Shown: piece after piece, positions 16,629-26,715 of the stretch
Position numbering within the stretch: the stretch's first letter is position 1
Layout of the letters: every line of letters begins with the position of its first letter
Assembly: GCA_942492735.1 (NCBI GenBank)
Contig: OW818648.1
Span: 3,891,845-3,923,844, forward strand
DNA length: 32,000 nt
Source of the DNA: an uncultured Eubacteriales bacterium
Lineage (GTDB): Bacteria > Bacillota > Clostridia > Oscillospirales > Oscillospiraceae
Direction of reading: 5' to 3'
Notes under the pieces: model-generated
What the model was told of the DNA's origin: nothing
What the model saw: only the letters and a program-made list of their open reading frames with translations
The model's database searches: none
Position numbers and translations under genes: made by a program

Positions 16629-17315
16629 ATGCTCGGCAGGCTTTTTGATCAATTTGACAGTATTGTTTTCATCGATGTCGAAACATCGGGACTTGATTCG
16701 CGCACAGATGAAATTATTGAGCTCGGCGCGCTGCGCGTTGTTCGAACGGACGGGACTATTTGCACAGACGGCGAGCTCAGCATGCTGATTCGAATGTCTC
16801 CGGGCAGACGTTTGAGTGAGACAATCACAAAGATTACCGGAATCACACAGCCGATGCTCGATGGCGACGGCATCGAAAAGCGTGATGCATGTCAGGCACT
16901 GGCAGAAATTCTGGGAACCGGACGCCCGCTTGTCGCCGCTTATAACGCGCAGTTCGATCTGGGTTTTTTATATCATTTTCTTCGGAGCTTCGGCATGGAA
17001 AATGTTTTGAGCCATGTGAAGCTGCTTGACGCCCTCACCGTTTACAGGGACCGCCGCGACTATCCGCACAAATTGGCCGACGCCGTAACCGCCTATACCC
17101 TTCAAGCGGAGAACACACACCGGGCCATTAATGACGCTAAAGCGGTTTTTTCTCTGCTGGGCGCAATGGAGGCAGAACAGGACGACCTTGACCGATACAT
17201 TAACATATTCGGCTATAATCCTAAATACGGCATCACCGGCTCCCGTATATCTTCCGTGCGCTATATCCCGCAGCCATTCGCGCGTGAGAGAAAAATATAC
17301 GAAATAACCGTATAA
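16629..17315 (+). CDS. DnaQ-like (DEDDh) 3'-5' exonuclease
   Basis: The three exonuclease motifs are present: Exo I FIDVETSGLD, Exo II AYNAQFDLGFL and Exo III HRAINDAKA. It starts 25 nt after the recQ stop on the same strand. Confidence 0.85.
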   Translation: MLGRLFDQFDSIVFIDVETSGLDSRTDEIIELGALRVVRTDGTICTDGELSMLIRMSPGRRLSETITKITGITQPMLDGDGIEKRDACQALAEILGTGRPLVAAYNAQFDLGFLYHFLRSFGMENVLSHVKLLDALTVYRDRRDYPHKLADAVTAYTLQAENTHRAINDAKAVFSLLGAMEAEQDDLDRYINIFGYNPKYGITGSRISSVRYIPQPFARERKIYEITV

Positions 17316-17464
17316 CATTGAAACCTGCTGACGCAAGTATCTGATATAATTTTGGAATTTTAAGGAACCTTATTTGGGTTTTGCTGTCTAATACATGAAT
17401 ACCGTACTGATATCACCATGGGCAGGTGCGTACGGTCTTATATGTTTTCAGGGAGGACTGCGTC

Positions 17465-17584
17465 ATGATTTTTAGGGGCTTTAAAAAGCATTTTAAAGAA
17501 CGCGGATCATCAATAGCGGACGTCATCGCATTGGTTGCTTCGCTTTTATTCATTCTTGCCGCCTGCGCGGCGGCAGAAATTTAG
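17465..17584 (+). CDS. 39-aa ORF consisting essentially of a lipoprotein-type signal peptide (small membrane peptide or truncated lipoprotein gene)
   Basis: GGGAGG lies 7 nt before the ATG. The sequence is MIFRGFKKHFKERGSSIADVIALVASLLFILAACAAAEI. An extended -10 (TGATATAAT, 17341..17349) lies upstream. The ORF is below the track cutoff. Confidence 0.4.
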   Translation: MIFRGFKKHFKERGSSIADVIALVASLLFILAACAAAEI

Positions 17585-17770
17585 ACGGCGGCGATAATAC
17601 GGTGGGAAGCAGTCCCATTGTTCATTCAGTCCGCTCGTTTCGGATTCTCCAGCAGCGGCGGATAACGTCGAGCCTACCGAACCGCACCTGTCGGCCTTGG
17701 ACCGACGGCGGAAGAACATCTCGTCATCGGGGATATCCTACAGTATTACGACTTATGGTGCTGAGCGTCT

Positions 17771-18343
17771 TCAGCCGCTTCTGCCCAGGAGTGTGCCCTC
17801 GAGTCTGGCTGCGTGCCGCTCAAAGGTCCTTAAATGATTTTCAGCGGCTCTTCTCAGCAGCGTAAAAGCGAGTCTAACATCTTCGGGTAATTGCTGCTTC
17901 AGAAAAATGTCATACATGCGCATGTTGTCTCTTTCACCTGCGACACCGGCCTTCATCGCCGCCAGGAGTGTGTTCGGCACAACAATATATTGGGCGGCAT
18001 TATCCACAGGTATCGGCACTTTATATTTTACCAATAACGGTTCTAAAAGACTGATATGCCTTTGCTCCGCTTGTGCAATACGCGTAAACGGTCTCAGACC
18101 GCCGAATTTCTCAATATCGATGATATACCGGGCTTTGGCGAGATATTCGTCCTCAATGGCGTACGTCAAAATTTGCGGCAGGGTGTACGGCTGGTTTTCC
18201 TGCACCATTGAGGCCCCGTACTGCGCAGATGCCGTCATAAAGGCTGTCAGGCACATTGAGATCAAAAGGATAAATAGTATTGCGGTTTTTTTAATGCTTT
18301 TCAAAAGCTTCACACTCCAGTTTTTTTGTGTAAGAAATCTCAC
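17771..18343 (-). CDS. Secreted ferritin-like DUF2202 protein
   Basis: It has a signal peptide (ILFILLISMCLTAFMTASAQ). Motifs AIEDEYLAKARY, AEQRHISLL and GERDNMRMYD resemble the DUF2202 ferritin-like fold. The true start may be the internal GTG at 18313. Confidence 0.7.
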   Translation of the reverse strand: MRFLTQKNWSVKLLKSIKKTAILFILLISMCLTAFMTASAQYGASMVQENQPYTLPQILTYAIEDEYLAKARYIIDIEKFGGLRPFTRIAQAEQRHISLLEPLLVKYKVPIPVDNAAQYIVVPNTLLAAMKAGVAGERDNMRMYDIFLKQQLPEDVRLAFTLLRRAAENHLRTFERHAARLEGTLLGRSG

Positions 18344-18427
18344 AGCGTATATGATGGCAGGATTTACGGTAATTAATGCATTGTAAAGTCGGCATCACAG
18401 TGAAATGCAGCGACGGGAGGTCTTTTT

Positions 18428-18988
18428 ATGAAATCAGCGCTCATATTAGTCGATATCCAGAACGAGTATTTCGAGGGCGGCAATATACCGCTCCACCAGC
18501 CGGAAGAGGCGGCGGCGCAGGCAAAACGCTTAATCACGCATTTCAGAGACAGCAGCTTGCCGGTATTCCACGTCCGCCACATCAATTCGAGGCCGGGTGC
18601 AGTGACTTTTTTGCCGGACAGCATCGGCTCTGAAATCCATATGAGCGTTGCGCCTCAGGGCGGCGAAACAGTCATCATCAAGCATTTCCCGAGCGCATTT
18701 CTGCAGACAGGCCTTGCGGCGGAATTGCAGCGTCAGGACGTCGATCACATTGTCATCTGCGGTATGATGAGCCACATGTGTATCGATACAACTGTACGGG
18801 CTGCGCAAGATCACAGCTTCTCTGTCACGCTGCCGGAGGATGCCTGCACGACAAGAGCGCTTGTCTGGAACGGTCAGGTCATCCCAGCCGAAACAGTCCA
18901 TCACACGTTCATGGCCGCATTAAGCGGCATGTTTGCGCAAGTCGTGACGACAGACGATTATCTGGCTTCTGAAGCTTCTGTCTCGTAG
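18428..18988 (+). CDS. Isochorismatase-family cysteine hydrolase
   Basis: GGGAGG lies 8 nt before the ATG. The N-terminus is MKSALILVDIQNEYF, and the catalytic Cys context is VICGMMSHMCIDTTVR. Confidence 0.85.
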   Translation: MKSALILVDIQNEYFEGGNIPLHQPEEAAAQAKRLITHFRDSSLPVFHVRHINSRPGAVTFLPDSIGSEIHMSVAPQGGETVIIKHFPSAFLQTGLAAELQRQDVDHIVICGMMSHMCIDTTVRAAQDHSFSVTLPEDACTTRALVWNGQVIPAETVHHTFMAALSGMFAQVVTTDDYLASEASVS

Positions 18989-19116
18989 CTCTTGACATTT
19001 TGATCTTATCGTAATAGTTTTAGTATCACAAATTTTTAATAGTCAAGCTATTAAAATTAACAAGAAAATGCTAATATTATTGAGAGAACGAAGATCAACA
19101 TATGCGGAGGTTTACT

Positions 19117-20535
19117 ATGAGAAAGACGAAAATCATTTGCACGCTGGGGCCTGCTGTCGATGATATCGATATGATAAAGGAACTGCTCCTGCAGGGCGTC
19201 AACGCGGTACGGCTCAATTTTTCGCACGGGACGCACGAGGAACACGGCTTGAGACTTGACAGATTCAAGCAAGCCAGAAGCGCGCTCAATATGACCGCCG
19301 CCTCAATTCTCGACACGAAGGGGCCGGAGGTCAGAATCAAGAATTTTAAAACAGGGCGCATTACCCTGAATATCGGTGCACCCTTCACGATTACGACAGA
19401 TGATGTTATCGGCGATGAACACAGGGTATCGACGACATATAGGAACTTGCACGAGGAACTCCGGCACGGGGATAGAATTCTTCTCGACGACGGCCTAATA
19501 GAGCTCAGGGTCGTCGACATCAACAACCATGACCTGCGCTGCGTCGTCGTCAACGGCGGGGTGCTGTCCGACCATAAGAGCATGAATATGCCCGGTGTCA
19601 GCATCAAGTTCGACGGGCTGTCCGAAGCGGATGAGCGGGACCTGAAGTTTGCCGTGGAGCACGAAATGGACTTTATCGCCGCGTCGTTCATCCGGAATAA
19701 GGAGGATGTTTTTGCCATCCGGAACGCGCTGCAAAAATTCGGCGGCGGGGACATCAAAATCATATCGAAAATTGAAAATCGAGAGGGCATCAACAATTTA
19801 AGCGAGATTGCAGAAGTTTCGGATGCCATCATGGTCGCTCGGGGCGACATGGGCGTTGAGATCAACGCCTGGGAGGTGCCGATCATGCAAAAAAAGATCA
19901 TTAAAGAGGGCATCATGCTGGGAAAGCCTGTCATCGTCGCCACACAGATGCTCGATTCGATGATCCGCAATCCGCGCCCGACGCGCGCGGAGGTGAGCGA
20001 CGTCGCCAATGCCGTTTTTGACGGGGCAAGCTGCGTCATGCTGTCCGGCGAGACGGCTGCCGGTAAATATCCGGTTGAGAGCGTGGACACAATGGACAAG
20101 ATTATCACGGCGGCGGAGGATGCCATCGACTACTGGAAACGCTTCAGGGAGCTGGGCTTCGAGAAAAAGACGGTCATCAGCGACGCGATCAGCCACGCCT
20201 GCTGCATGACGGCAATGGACCTCGGCGCGAGCGCTATCATCACCGTGACATCGTCTGGCCACACAGCCCGCATGATCTCTCGCTTCCGCCCGCAATGTCC
20301 GATCATTGCGCTGACCGAAAAAGACATCGTCCGACGGCAGCTGAGCATTTCGTGGGGCGTAACGCCGAAGGTGGGAAAGCAGCTGAGCTCCACCGACGAG
20401 CTGTTCGATACAGGCATCAGCGCCGCGCTTGAAACGGATATTGTCAAAAGAGGAGACACTGTTGTCCTAACGGCCGGCGTGCCGATCGGCATCAGCGGCA
20501 CAACGAATCTCATCAAGGCGCAACAAATATCTTGA
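19117..20535 (+). CDS. pyk: Pyruvate kinase
   Basis: GGAGG lies 6 nt before ATG 19117. Motifs seen: MRKTKIICTLGP, RLNFSHG, MVARGDLGVE-like MVARGDMGVEI and MLSGETAAGKYP. The track ORF starts at 19102. Confidence 0.95.
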   Translation: MRKTKIICTLGPAVDDIDMIKELLLQGVNAVRLNFSHGTHEEHGLRLDRFKQARSALNMTAASILDTKGPEVRIKNFKTGRITLNIGAPFTITTDDVIGDEHRVSTTYRNLHEELRHGDRILLDDGLIELRVVDINNHDLRCVVVNGGVLSDHKSMNMPGVSIKFDGLSEADERDLKFAVEHEMDFIAASFIRNKEDVFAIRNALQKFGGGDIKIISKIENREGINNLSEIAEVSDAIMVARGDMGVEINAWEVPIMQKKIIKEGIMLGKPVIVATQMLDSMIRNPRPTRAEVSDVANAVFDGASCVMLSGETAAGKYPVESVDTMDKIITAAEDAIDYWKRFRELGFEKKTVISDAISHACCMTAMDLGASAIITVTSSGHTARMISRFRPQCPIIALTEKDIVRRQLSISWGVTPKVGKQLSSTDELFDTGISAALETDIVKRGDTVVLTAGVPIGISGTTNLIKAQQIS

Positions 20536-20578
20536 ATTTTACCCCAATTTAGCGCATAATGAATATTCAACAGCAACG

Positions 20579-20614
20579 ACGCTGCAAATCCTCTCGGATT
20601 TGCGGCGTTTCATT
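20579..20614 (+). terminator. Rho-independent terminator after pyk
   Basis: ACGCTGCAAATCC-tctc-GGATTTGCGGCGT (13-bp stem with one G-U pair), followed by TTTCATT. Confidence 0.55.
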
Positions 20615-20669
20615 GTGGTATATAACAACCTCGGACGTATTGATGTCAATGTTTTTAGAACATTGCATG

Positions 20670-20684
20670 AATTTTCTTATATTT
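20670..20684 (+). promoter_or_regulatory. Weak candidate CodY box
   Basis: AATTTTCTTATATTT matches the consensus AATTTTCWGAAAATT at 12 of 15 positions. It lies about 35 bp upstream of the opp promoter -35. The region is AT-rich, so a chance match is quite possible. Confidence 0.2.
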
Positions 20685-20718
20685 CAAAAACAATAATGCA
20701 TAAAGGCAAAAATATACA

Positions 20719-20747
20719 TTGAAAGACGTCATTTGAAGTTATATAAT
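20719..20747 (+). promoter_or_regulatory. Sigma-A promoter TTGAAA-17-TATAAT for the peptide ABC operon
   Basis: -35 is at 20719..20724 and -10 at 20742..20747, with an exact 17-nt spacer. Confidence 0.6.
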
Positions 20748-20848
20748 AAATAAACATAAAATCAGGCAAAAACCTACATTTATTTGTGCAAATCGGGGTA
20801 ACGAACTACCAAGCTAAAGTACAAAAGCAAAGTTTAGGAAGTGAAATT

Positions 20849-21778
20849 GTGGCAAAATACATAGGAACACGAATATTCTGGGCGTTGGTCACCGTACTGT
20901 TGATAACATTTCTCACCTTTATGCTGATGAATGCGATCCCCGGCGGGCCTTTTTTAGGTGAAAAGGTGATGCAGCAGAGTGTGCTTGACGCGTTAAACGC
21001 CAAGTATGGTCTCGATAAACCCCTATTAGTGCAATACAAAAATTACTTGTGGAACTTCTTACAGGGTGATCTCGGTGTCTCCCTGAAGATGCAGCTCAAT
21101 AAACCTGTCATGACAATTATTTTGCAGCAATTCCCGACATCTGCGAAAATTGGCGGCATTGCAATTGTGTTTGCTATCATCACAGGGATTCCGCTCGGTA
21201 GCCTGGCTGCGTATCACCGCGGCAAAACCCTGGACGGTTTCATCCGCGTTATCACAACCATGGGTGTGGCGATTCCGAGCTTCGTGTTGGCGACCAGTAT
21301 CATGATCATTTTTGGGGTAAAGCTCGGGTGGCTGCCAACAATGGGGCTGACAAGCCCGATCCACTATATTCTGCCGTGCTTTGCACTTGGATTTTATCCG
21401 GCTTGTTATATAGCCCGCCTAACACGCTCGAGTATGCTGGATGTCCTGCATCAGGATTATATCCGAACAGCAAAAGCGAAGGGCTTAAACCCCACGATCA
21501 TCACATTCAAGCATGCGCTGCGCAACTCTCTCATTCCTGTTGTGACTTATATCGGACCGCTCGTTGCCTTTACATTGACGGGCAGTCTGGTCATCGAAAG
21601 TGTCTTTAGTCTACCCGGACTCGGCAGATATTTTATTCAGAGTATCTCTAACCGGGATTATCCGATTGTTATGGGCACGACAATCTTCCTCTCAGTTCTC
21701 ATCGTTGGCCTCAACCTGCTCGTCGATATTATTTACAAGGTTATCGATCCGCGCATCAAATTATCCAAGGGAGCTTAA
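20849..21778 (+). CDS. Peptide ABC transporter permease (OppB/DppB type)
   Basis: The N-terminus (M)AKYIGTRIFWALVTVLLITFLTF is typical of this type. The EAA-like loop is YIRTAKAKGL. GTG 20849 follows AGGAAG. The track ORF starts at 20786. Confidence 0.88.
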   Translation: MAKYIGTRIFWALVTVLLITFLTFMLMNAIPGGPFLGEKVMQQSVLDALNAKYGLDKPLLVQYKNYLWNFLQGDLGVSLKMQLNKPVMTIILQQFPTSAKIGGIAIVFAIITGIPLGSLAAYHRGKTLDGFIRVITTMGVAIPSFVLATSIMIIFGVKLGWLPTMGLTSPIHYILPCFALGFYPACYIARLTRSSMLDVLHQDYIRTAKAKGLNPTIITFKHALRNSLIPVVTYIGPLVAFTLTGSLVIESVFSLPGLGRYFIQSISNRDYPIVMGTTIFLSVLIVGLNLLVDIIYKVIDPRIKLSKGA

Positions 21779-21781
21779 CAA

Positions 21782-22831
21782 ATGAAAAAAAACAAGCTGA
21801 CTAAATTTGGGAGCCTCCAGCCGGATATTGATAAAATGCTCGAAGTAAATAGCGAAACGGTATATACGAGCTCAGATTTTGAGCCTGCCACAAAGGAAGA
21901 ACGCGCTGACTTTATTAAGATGCAAAAGAGCATGTCTTATTGGCAGGATGCCTGGCGGCGGCTGAAGAAAAACAAAATCGCCATGGTTTCGCTTTGTATC
22001 CTGATTATTCTGGTTGTATTTGCCTTTTTGGGACCGTTGCTGCGGGAATATTCCTATGAGCAGCAAATCAGAGGCAGTGAAAATATGCACCCGAGCTGGC
22101 AATTCCCCTTCGGTACAGATTCTCTAGGTCGTGATCTCCTTGTGCGTATTATGTATGCAACGCGCATTTCCATGGTCATCGGTATTATAGCGAGCCTCAT
22201 CGTTCTTTTCATCGGTTCGATTTACGGGTCGATTTCCGGTCTGCTTGGCGGCGTCGTCGACAATGTCATGATGCGCATCGTTGAGCTGATCTATTCCATA
22301 CCGGATATGCTGGTTGTTATTTTGCTCTCCGTTGTCTTAAAGGAACCTCTGAAAACACTATTTCAATCGAGTGACAATCTCAAATTCTTACTGACACTCG
22401 GGCCTGGCATAATAGCCATTTTCGTCACATTTGCATTACTGTACTGGGTCGGCAACGCCAGAATCATCCGCGGTCAGGTACTGATGCTCAAGGAGCAGGA
22501 ATTCATCACCGCAGCCCGCGCGCTTGGGGCAGGAAACGCCCGCATTATCAAGCGCCACCTTCTGCCCAACTGTGTTGGCCAGCTGATTGTTATCACCATG
22601 CTCCAGATACCTTCGGCAATCTTCCTCGAATCATTTTTGAGCTTTATCGGCCTTGGCGTATCGGCGCCGCTGGCAAGTCTCGGTTCTCTTTGCGCCGACG
22701 CACTCAAAGGCATTTATTCATATACCTTCAGACTGATAATACCTTCTGTCATATTGAGCATACTCATTCTCGCTTTCAATCTCTTCGGAGACGGACTGCG
22801 CGACGCGCTTGATCCGAAGCTGAAGAAATAG
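21782..22831 (+). CDS. Peptide ABC transporter permease (OppC/DppC type)
   Basis: Motifs seen: FGTDSLGRDLLVR and FITAARALGAGNARIIKRHLLPN. It starts 3 nt after the upstream stop. Confidence 0.9.
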   Translation: MKKNKLTKFGSLQPDIDKMLEVNSETVYTSSDFEPATKEERADFIKMQKSMSYWQDAWRRLKKNKIAMVSLCILIILVVFAFLGPLLREYSYEQQIRGSENMHPSWQFPFGTDSLGRDLLVRIMYATRISMVIGIIASLIVLFIGSIYGSISGLLGGVVDNVMMRIVELIYSIPDMLVVILLSVVLKEPLKTLFQSSDNLKFLLTLGPGIIAIFVTFALLYWVGNARIIRGQVLMLKEQEFITAARALGAGNARIIKRHLLPNCVGQLIVITMLQIPSAIFLESFLSFIGLGVSAPLASLGSLCADALKGIYSYTFRLIIPSVILSILILAFNLFGDGLRDALDPKLKK

Positions 22832-22842
22832 GAGACACCATA

Positions 22843-23832
22843 ATGAAAAAAGAAAAACTGCTTGAAGTCAAAGATTTGAAGGTCTCCTTCTTTACACATG
22901 CAGGCGAGGTCAAGGCTGTTGACGGGATTACCTATAGCGTGTGCTGCGGCGAGGTGCTTGGTATTGTCGGCGAATCCGGCAGCGGCAAAAGTGTCAGCGC
23001 ATATAGCGTCATGGGTCTGCTGCAAAGCCCCGGAAAGGTCGTCAGCGGTTCTATCTCGCTCGACGGACGTAATCTTCTTGAGGTAGAGGAGAAGGAGATG
23101 CGGTCGATTCGGGGAAATGATATCAGTATGATCTTCCAAAACCCGATGACCTGCTTAAACCCTGTTTATACTATTGAAAACCAGCTCGTCGAGGCGATCT
23201 GCTGCCATGAGTCGATGGCACATCACGATGCCGTCGCAAAAGCGAAGGATTTACTGGAGCTTGTCGGCATCAATAATGTCGAAAAGCGTCTGAAGCAATA
23301 TCCGCATGAGCTGTCCGGCGGCATGCGCCAGCGCGTTATGATCGCCATGGGACTTATGTGTAATCCGAAGCTGCTGATTGCCGACGAACCAACGACAGCT
23401 CTTGACGTGACCATTCAGGCGCAGATTATAGAGCTGCTTCGCACTCTTCAGAAAAAGGTCGATATGTCCGTCATACTCATTACACACAATCTCGGTGTTG
23501 TCGCAGATATCTGTGACAACGTTTGCGTCATGTATGCCGGTCACATTGTCGAGGCCGGGAGTGTTGACGAGATCTTTTATCAACCGAAGCATCCGTATAC
23601 GCTTGGGCTCTTAAAGTCAATGCCCCGCATCGATGAAGATTATGACCGCCTGATCCCGATTGAGGGCACTCCAGTCGATATGCTCAATCCGCCGCCCGGC
23701 TGTCCCTTTTCACCGCGCTGCTCAAGCTGTATGAAAATCTGTCTGCGTCAAATGCCTCCTAATTTCCCGATAAGTGACGGACATTATGCTGCCTGCTGGC
23801 TGCAGGCGAAAGGAAGTGAAAATATTGGCTGA
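22843..23832 (+). CDS. Peptide ABC transporter ATP-binding protein (OppD type)
   Basis: It has Walker A GESGSGKS, signature LSGGMRQR and Walker [13 protein letters not shown]. The C-terminal oligopeptide-type Cys motif is [10 protein letters not shown]. Confidence 0.92.
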   Translation: MKKEKLLEVKDLKVSFFTHAGEVKAVDGITYSVCCGEVLGIVGESGSGKSVSAYSVMGLLQSPGKVVSGSISLDGRNLLEVEEKEMRSIRGNDISMIFQNPMTCLNPVYTIENQLVEAICCHESMAHHDAVAKAKDLLELVGINNVEKRLKQYPHELSGGMRQRVMIAMGLMCNPKLLIADEPTTALDVTIQAQIIELLRTLQKKVDMSVILITHNLGVVADICDNVCVMYAGHIVEAGSVDEIFYQPKHPYTLGLLKSMPRIDEDYDRLIPIEGTPVDMLNPPPGCPFSPRCSSCMKICLRQMPPNFPISDGHYAACWLQAKGSENIG

Positions 23833-24814
23833 TAAGAGTATTGAGAAATTGGTTGAGGTCGAAAACCTCAGGAAATATTTTCCTGCCAAGTCCGGTTTAC
23901 GTCACAAACAGTTTGTGCACGCTGTCGAAGATGTCAGCCTCTTTATCTGCAAGGGCGAAACACTCGGTCTCGTCGGCGAGAGCGGCTGCGGCAAAACAAC
24001 GCTGGGCAGAACGCTTCTTCGTCTGTATGAACCGACCCGTGGCACAATCAGATATAACGGCATTGATATCACAAAAGCGGAGATGCTCCCTTACCGGCGG
24101 AAGATGCAGATCATCTTTCAAGACCCCTCTGCCTCGCTTGATCCGCGTATGACAGTCGGTGAAATTGTCGGCGAATCCATTGATATACATAAGCTTGCAA
24201 AAAATAACGCCGAGCGGCGTGACAAAATAATTCATTATCTCGATAGGGTTGGCTTAAACAGCGAACATGCCAACAGATACCCGCATGAGTTCTCCGGCGG
24301 GCAGCAGCAGCGCATCGGCATTGCCAGGGCGCTCGCCGTCGAACCGGAATTTATCGTCTGCGATGAGCCGGTTTCGGCGCTCGATGTGTCGATACAGTCA
24401 CAGATCGTCAACATGCTCGAGGACCTTCAGAATGATATGGGTTTGACCTATCTGTTCATAGCGCACGACCTCTCTGTCGTCAAGCACATATCAAACCGTA
24501 TCGGTGTTATGTATCTGGGCAATCTTGTGGAGCTTGCGCAAAGCAACGAGCTGTACAAAAATCCGCTCCACCCGTATACGAAATCGCTTCTGTCCGCTGT
24601 TCCCATCCCTGATCCGGAAGTCAGCAGAACCAGAAATCGAATGCTCCCTGAGGGTGAAATTCCAAGCCCTATCAATCCGCCGTCCGGGTGCCGTTTTCAC
24701 ACGCGCTGCCCATACGCCGTCGATATATGCAAAACAGCTGCGCCTGAATTCAAGGAATATAACGCAGGCCACTTTGCCGCATGTCATCTCATCAATACAG
24801 GTGTCTTAAAGTAA
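23825..24814 (+). CDS. Peptide ABC transporter ATP-binding protein (OppF type)
   Basis: It has Walker [10 protein letters not shown], signature FSGGQQQR and Walker [13 protein letters not shown], plus the C-terminal [13 protein letters not shown] 23825 lies 8 nt after AAGGAAG and overlaps the OppD stop. The track ORF starts at 23774. Confidence 0.9.
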   Translation: MADKSIEKLVEVENLRKYFPAKSGLRHKQFVHAVEDVSLFICKGETLGLVGESGCGKTTLGRTLLRLYEPTRGTIRYNGIDITKAEMLPYRRKMQIIFQDPSASLDPRMTVGEIVGESIDIHKLAKNNAERRDKIIHYLDRVGLNSEHANRYPHEFSGGQQQRIGIARALAVEPEFIVCDEPVSALDVSIQSQIVNMLEDLQNDMGLTYLFIAHDLSVVKHISNRIGVMYLGNLVELAQSNELYKNPLHPYTKSLLSAVPIPDPEVSRTRNRMLPEGEIPSPINPPSGCRFHTRCPYAVDICKTAAPEFKEYNAGHFAACHLINTGVLK

Positions 24815-24852
24815 TATTACTTTTGACAATAAACCATTTAAGGAGGACATTT

Positions 24853-26556
24853 ATGAAAAAAGGACTTTATCTCGTACTCGTCATCTGCATGATCCTGGCT
24901 CTTGTCGCGGGCTGTGGCAGCACACCGACGACAAGTCCCTCCCCCAGCGCCAGCGCCGGTGAAAGCGCTGCCCCGAGCGCAGCAGAAACAACCGCAGCAA
25001 ACAAAGATTTTACTCTTAGTGTCTGCATCGCTTCCCAGCCCGAAACAATCGACCCGTCAAAGAACACCTCTGTTGACGGCGCCACCCTCACAGTTCATGC
25101 ATTTGAGGGCCTGATGGTCATCAACGACAAGCTTGAAGTCGTCCCCGGCGCTGCCGAATCCTACAAAGTAAGCGACGACGGCCTTGTCTACACCTTCACG
25201 CTCCGTGATGCCAAATGGTCAGACGGACAGCCCGTTAAGGCTTCGGACTTCGTCTACTCCTGGCAGAGGCTTGTTGATCCCGCAACGGCTTCCGAATATA
25301 GCTACATGATCGACATGGTCGCCGGTGTTGCCGATGTCATCTATGCCGATGATCCAGCAACAGTCACACCGGAGATGGTTAAAGCTATCGGCATCAAAGC
25401 GCTTAACGACAAGACCGTTGAAGTCACACTTGCCAATAAGAGTGCTTATTTCCTTGAGATCGCCGCTTTCCCCTCCTGTGTACCGCTTAGAGAAGATATC
25501 ATCACAGCCAACGGCGACAACTGGGCCCTTGAGCCCGCAACCTATATCGGCAACGGCCCGTACATGCTCAAGGAGTGGGTCGCCAACTCACATATGATTT
25601 ATGAAAAGAACCCCAACTACTATAATCTCGAGGCGCTTGGCCCCACGCAGATCAAATTTGCTCTGATGGACGACGTCAATGCCATGTACGCCGCTTTTAA
25701 GAACGACGAATTGTCCCTCATCGACGACGTTCCTCCCGACGAAATTGCCGCGCTGAAGGCCGACGGCTCCCTCAGTATTGAAGGCCAGCTCGGCACATAT
25801 TACGTCTCCTTCAACACACAGATGGCGCCGTTTGACAACGCGAAAGTCAGAGAAGCCTTCTCCCTCGTCATCGACAGAAACTTTATCGTTGAAAAAGTCG
25901 CCCAGGGCGGACAGGTCCCGGCACCCGCATTCGTACCGATGAAGCTGAGCGATAACGAACCCGGCTCCGACTTCAGAGCCAACGGCGGCGACTATTACAG
26001 CGTCGCAGCAGCCGATTATAAAGCCAACTGCGACAAGGCCAGAGCACTCCTCGCCGAAGCCGGCTATCCGGAAGGCAAGGGCTTACCGGCTGTTGAGTAT
26101 GTTTACAACACAAGCGAAGGCCACAAGGCCATAGCCGAAGCCCTGCAGAACATGTGGCAGACAGAGCTCGGCGTCACTGTCTCGATTGCCAACCAGGATT
26201 GGGCTGTCTTCATTGTCACCCGCCAGGACGGCAACTTCCAGATCGCCCGTGACGGTTGGCTCGGCGACTACAACGATCCGAGTACCTTCCTGAGCCTGTT
26301 CACATCCACCAGCGGCAACAACAACCCGCAGTTCAACAACCCCGCATTTGACGACCTGATGATGAAAGTCAGCACCTCCAGCGACAGAGCCGAGCGCATG
26401 ACGCTCATGCATGATGCTGAAGACATTCTGATGACAGAAGCTGCTGTCGCTCCGATTTACTACTACACGGACCTCTTCCTCATTAAGGACAACATTCAGG
26501 GCTTCTACTCCAACCCGTTTGGATTTAAGTACTTTATGTACGTCACTGAGAAGTAA
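24853..26556 (+). CDS. Family-5 substrate-binding lipoprotein (OppA/DppA type)
   Basis: AGGAGG lies 6 nt before ATG 24853. The signal is MKKGLYLVLVICMILALVAGC with lipobox VAGC, followed by a Ser/Pro/Ala linker. Its size is typical of peptide-binding proteins. The track ORF starts at 24781. Confidence 0.9.
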   Translation: MKKGLYLVLVICMILALVAGCGSTPTTSPSPSASAGESAAPSAAETTAANKDFTLSVCIASQPETIDPSKNTSVDGATLTVHAFEGLMVINDKLEVVPGAAESYKVSDDGLVYTFTLRDAKWSDGQPVKASDFVYSWQRLVDPATASEYSYMIDMVAGVADVIYADDPATVTPEMVKAIGIKALNDKTVEVTLANKSAYFLEIAAFPSCVPLREDIITANGDNWALEPATYIGNGPYMLKEWVANSHMIYEKNPNYYNLEALGPTQIKFALMDDVNAMYAAFKNDELSLIDDVPPDEIAALKADGSLSIEGQLGTYYVSFNTQMAPFDNAKVREAFSLVIDRNFIVEKVAQGGQVPAPAFVPMKLSDNEPGSDFRANGGDYYSVAAADYKANCDKARALLAEAGYPEGKGLPAVEYVYNTSEGHKAIAEALQNMWQTELGVTVSIANQDWAVFIVTRQDGNFQIARDGWLGDYNDPSTFLSLFTSTSGNNNPQFNNPAFDDLMMKVSTSSDRAERMTLMHDAEDILMTEAAVAPIYYYTDLFLIKDNIQGFYSNPFGFKYFMYVTEK

Positions 26557-26564
26557 AACCTGAA

Positions 26565-26624
26565 AAGGGCGTGCCGCTTACGTTTGATAAAACGTTTGCG
26601 GCACGCCCTTCTTGTCTTTTTGTC
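26565..26624 (+). terminator. Rho-independent terminator of the peptide ABC operon
   Basis: The arms AAGGGCGTGCCGC and GCGGCACGCCCTT form a 13-bp outer stem with a small inner hairpin. The tail is CTTGTCTTTTTGT. Confidence 0.65.
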
Positions 26625-26715
26625 GGGTTTTTGTGTATTTATACTGTATTTTTTTATAAATCATTCGATAATATAATATACCTACATAAAACGAAAGATG
26701 AATGGTGGAATGACG

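Noticed and set aside
17602-17865. 87-aa plus-strand ORF
   Set aside because: It has a GTG start without a ribosome-binding site and an Arg/Ser/Pro-rich, non-protein-like composition. It overlaps the 3' end of the convergent DUF2202 gene.
19095-20126. 343-aa ORF on the minus strand, fully inside pyk
   Set aside because: It is antisense to an unmistakable pyruvate kinase gene. Its translation is low-complexity (Ser/Ala/Met-rich), it has no ribosome-binding site, and I recognise no motifs. This is the typical shadow ORF produced by codon bias.
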